DNA of 63,670 nt, taken from NCBI RefSeq assembly GCF_001194135.2, contig NC_068994.1, positions 16,468,506-16,532,175 of the forward strand. Direction: 5' to 3'. Under the pieces are notes generated by a model. The model saw nothing but the letters and a program-made list of their open reading frames with translations. It was not told the DNA's origin and did no database searches. Shown here in pieces: positions 61,168-63,670 of this stretch. The first letter of the stretch is position 1. Each line of letters opens with the position of its first letter. Source of the DNA: Octopus bimaculoides (taxonomy: Eukaryota). The position numbers were made by a program, and so were the translations under genes.

Positions 61168-61250
61168 TACACACACACACACACAAAAGTGTGTATGTGT
61201 GTATGTGTAGATGGTGAATATGTGTGAATATATCATATTTTGTCACTTAC

Positions 61251-61429
61251 CATTTCGAATTTCACAGATGAATGGTAATTTGAAAGTGCATTCCATTGCA
61301 TACCATGTATATGGTGTATGTAACAACACACTACCACATATTGCACTGGGTTTAGAAGGAGGACTATTCCAGTTGCTCCATGATGATGGACTTCCGGTTT
61401 TATTCCACTGGTGTCCAACCCAAAATGTT
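61251..61429 (-). CDS. C-type lectin domain (C-terminal half) exon of the minus-strand membrane protein
   Basis: tttcatgatag acceptor (phase 2), G|GTAAGT donor (phase 1). TFWVGHQW...WSNWNSPPSKPSAICGSV...WYAMECTFKLPFICE is the CTLD FWxG/C/W..C..PFICE signature. Not in the supplied ORF track. Confidence 0.85.
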
Positions 61430-61990
61430 CTATCATGAAAGAAATTTTTTTAAATAAATTTTAAAAAATGAAATTAAAAAATATCATACAAGAAATTTTT
61501 TTAAATAAATAAATAAATATATATATATTTATACATACACATGCACAAATATACATGCACAAGATAAAGACAAAAAAAAACAAGAAAATATAAGAATATT
61601 GAATTAATTAAAAAACAAAATTGCCAAAATTAATTACTACACAGGTACAACACCAACTTTCTGGACACAGATGGTGCAGAATCTCTTACAAGGAAGTGCT
61701 GAAAAGTTCCTGGCTTTAAGGATATTCAAAAGGCCTGATTGGAGGCCCAACCTTCCAAGTTCTTTTACAAGGCTTAGAAAAACTGAAGGAACTCTGCAAT
61801 AAGTGCGTGAAACTTAGAGGGGAATATGTGGAATAAAGTCATAATTAACTGATCCTCCTTCTTTTACCCAAAGTCAGGACCTTTTCAGCAACCCCTCTTA
61901 TAATCTGCACTAATTTACAAGCAGGAACTTCAAATTCTTGCAACCATCCAGACTAGTTTACCGGTACCTTACATAGTATAGTATAAATAG

Positions 61991-62343
61991 TGGAGACGCA
62001 ATGGCCCAGTGGTTAGGGCAGCGGACTCGTGGTCATAGGATCGCGGTTTCGATTCCCAGACCGGGCGTTGTGAGTGTTTATTGAGCGAAAGCACCTAAAG
62101 CTCCACAAGGCTCCGGCAGGGGATGGTGGCGAACCCTGCTGTACTCTTTCACCACAGCTTTCTCTCATTCTTACTTCCTGTTTCTGTTGTACCTGTATTT
62201 CAAAAGGCCAGCCTTGTCACACTGTGTCACGCTGAATATCTCCGAGAACTACGTTAAGGGTACACGTGTCTGTGGAGTGCTCAACCACTTGCACGTTAAT
62301 TTCACGAGCAGGCTGTTCCGTTGATTAGATCAACTGGAACCCT
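61991..62343 (+). mobile_element. tRNA-derived SINE, family 1, running into a gap
   Basis: Head ggagacgcaatggcccagtggttagg...gtttcgattccc; body as in the other copies. Confidence 0.85.
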
Positions 62344-63409
62344 NNNNNNNNNNNNNNNNNNNNNNNNNNNNNNNNNNNNNNNNNNNNNNNNNNNNNNNNN
62401 NNNNNNNNNNNNNNNNNNNNNNNNNNNNNNNNNNNNNNNNNNNNNNNNNNNNNNNNNNNNNNNNNNNNNNNNNNNNNNNNNNNNNNNNNNNNNNNNNNNN
62501 NNNNNNNNNNNNNNNNNNNNNNNNNNNNNNNNNNNNNNNNNNNNNNNNNNNNNNNNNNNNNNNNNNNNNNNNNNNNNNNNNNNNNNNNNNNNNNNNNNNN
62601 NNNNNNNNNNNNNNNNNNNNNNNNNNNNNNNNNNNNNNNNNNNNNNNNNNNNNNNNNNNNNNNNNNNNNNNNNNNNNNNNNNNNNNNNNNNNNNNNNNNN
62701 NNNNNNNNNNNNNNNNNNNNNNNNNNNNNNNNNNNNNNNNNNNNNNNNNNNNNNNNNNNNNNNNNNNNNNNNNNNNNNNNNNNNNNNNNNNNNNNNNNNN
62801 NNNNNNNNNNNNNNNNNNNNNNNNNNNNNNNNNNNNNNNNNNNNNNNNNNNNNNNNNNNNNNNNNNNNNNNNNNNNNNNNNNNNNNNNNNNNNNNNNNNN
62901 NNNNNNNNNNNNNNNNNNNNNNNNNNNNNNNNNNNNNNNNNNNNNNNNNNNNNNNNNNNNNNNNNNNNNNNNNNNNNNNNNNNNNNNNNNNNNNNNNNNN
63001 NNNTATATATATATATATGTAAGTGTGTGTATATGTTTGTGTGTCTGTTTGTCCCCCCAGCATCGCTTGACAACTGATGCTGGTGTGTTTTCATCCCCGT
63101 AACTTAGCGGTTCGGCAAAAGAGACCGATAGAATAAGTACTAGGCTTACAAAGAATAAGTCCCGGGGTTGATTTGCTCGACTAAAGGTGGTGCTCCAGCA
63201 TGGCTGCAGTCAAAAGAGTAAAAGAGTATAGGTTATAATTAGTTATATTTCTTGTTTGAACACTGATAGATTATGTATATGAGATGCTAATTATACAATA
63301 GAGTACATCTATTGAAATGACACTAAGCATAATGAACGATAATTCTGTAATTAGAAACACCAAGTAAATATAAAAAGCATGTGGAAGGTGGAAGGTTAAA
63401 TGGAAATAA

Positions 63410-63452
<43 letters not shown>

Positions 63453-63670
63453 CATGCATGCGTGCATGTTATTTCTTTACTACCCACAAGGGGCTACACA
63501 CAGAGGGTGGTGATGACGACGACGACAATGATGACAAAAATGATGGCAATGTTTGTTGGTTGTTTAGTCACCCCTACCGAAGTAGACCTGGGATCAAAGG
63601 CATTCCAAGTCTCCTCTGTCCTATTATTTTATATTACATCTGTGACCATATTGTTCGTTGTGTCCTTACT

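Noticed and set aside
8666-63094. Long X-containing ORFs in the supplied track
   Set aside because: They only span N gaps and flanking microsatellites.

Overview
AT-rich eukaryotic genomic DNA with many assembly gaps (N runs, mostly abutting (TA)n tracts), very dense in microsatellites, SINEs, MITEs and decayed LINEs. The repeat landscape and a mollusc-type membrane protein suggest a cephalopod such as Octopus; this is an inference. Two spliced genes can be reconstructed by hand. (1) On the + strand, a complete 163-aa ADISSP/C20orf27 homologue in four coding exons (7878-20565). (2) On the - strand, the 3' part of a single-pass receptor-like gene (61429-43097: C-type lectin domain, PAN/Apple domain, Ser/Thr-rich stalk, TM, cytoplasmic tail), whose 5' end lies outside the window or in gaps. 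Retroelement relics include a Gypsy pol, RTE, R4/Dong-like, Hero-like and probably Tx1/L1-like LINEs. DNA transposon relics include a Tc1/mariner fragment and Tc1/mariner-, piggyBac- and hAT-type MITEs. The most striking unexplained signals are RNA-structural: a back-to-back pair of type I hammerhead ribozymes with intact catalytic cores, one per strand (22145-22318); decayed hammerheads of two other families; a series of long fold-back hairpins associated with (TA)n tracts; and a tRNA-Trp-derived gene whose anticodon reads CTA (amber). No database search or folding program was run. All structures and translations were derived manually, and family names rest on recalled motifs.
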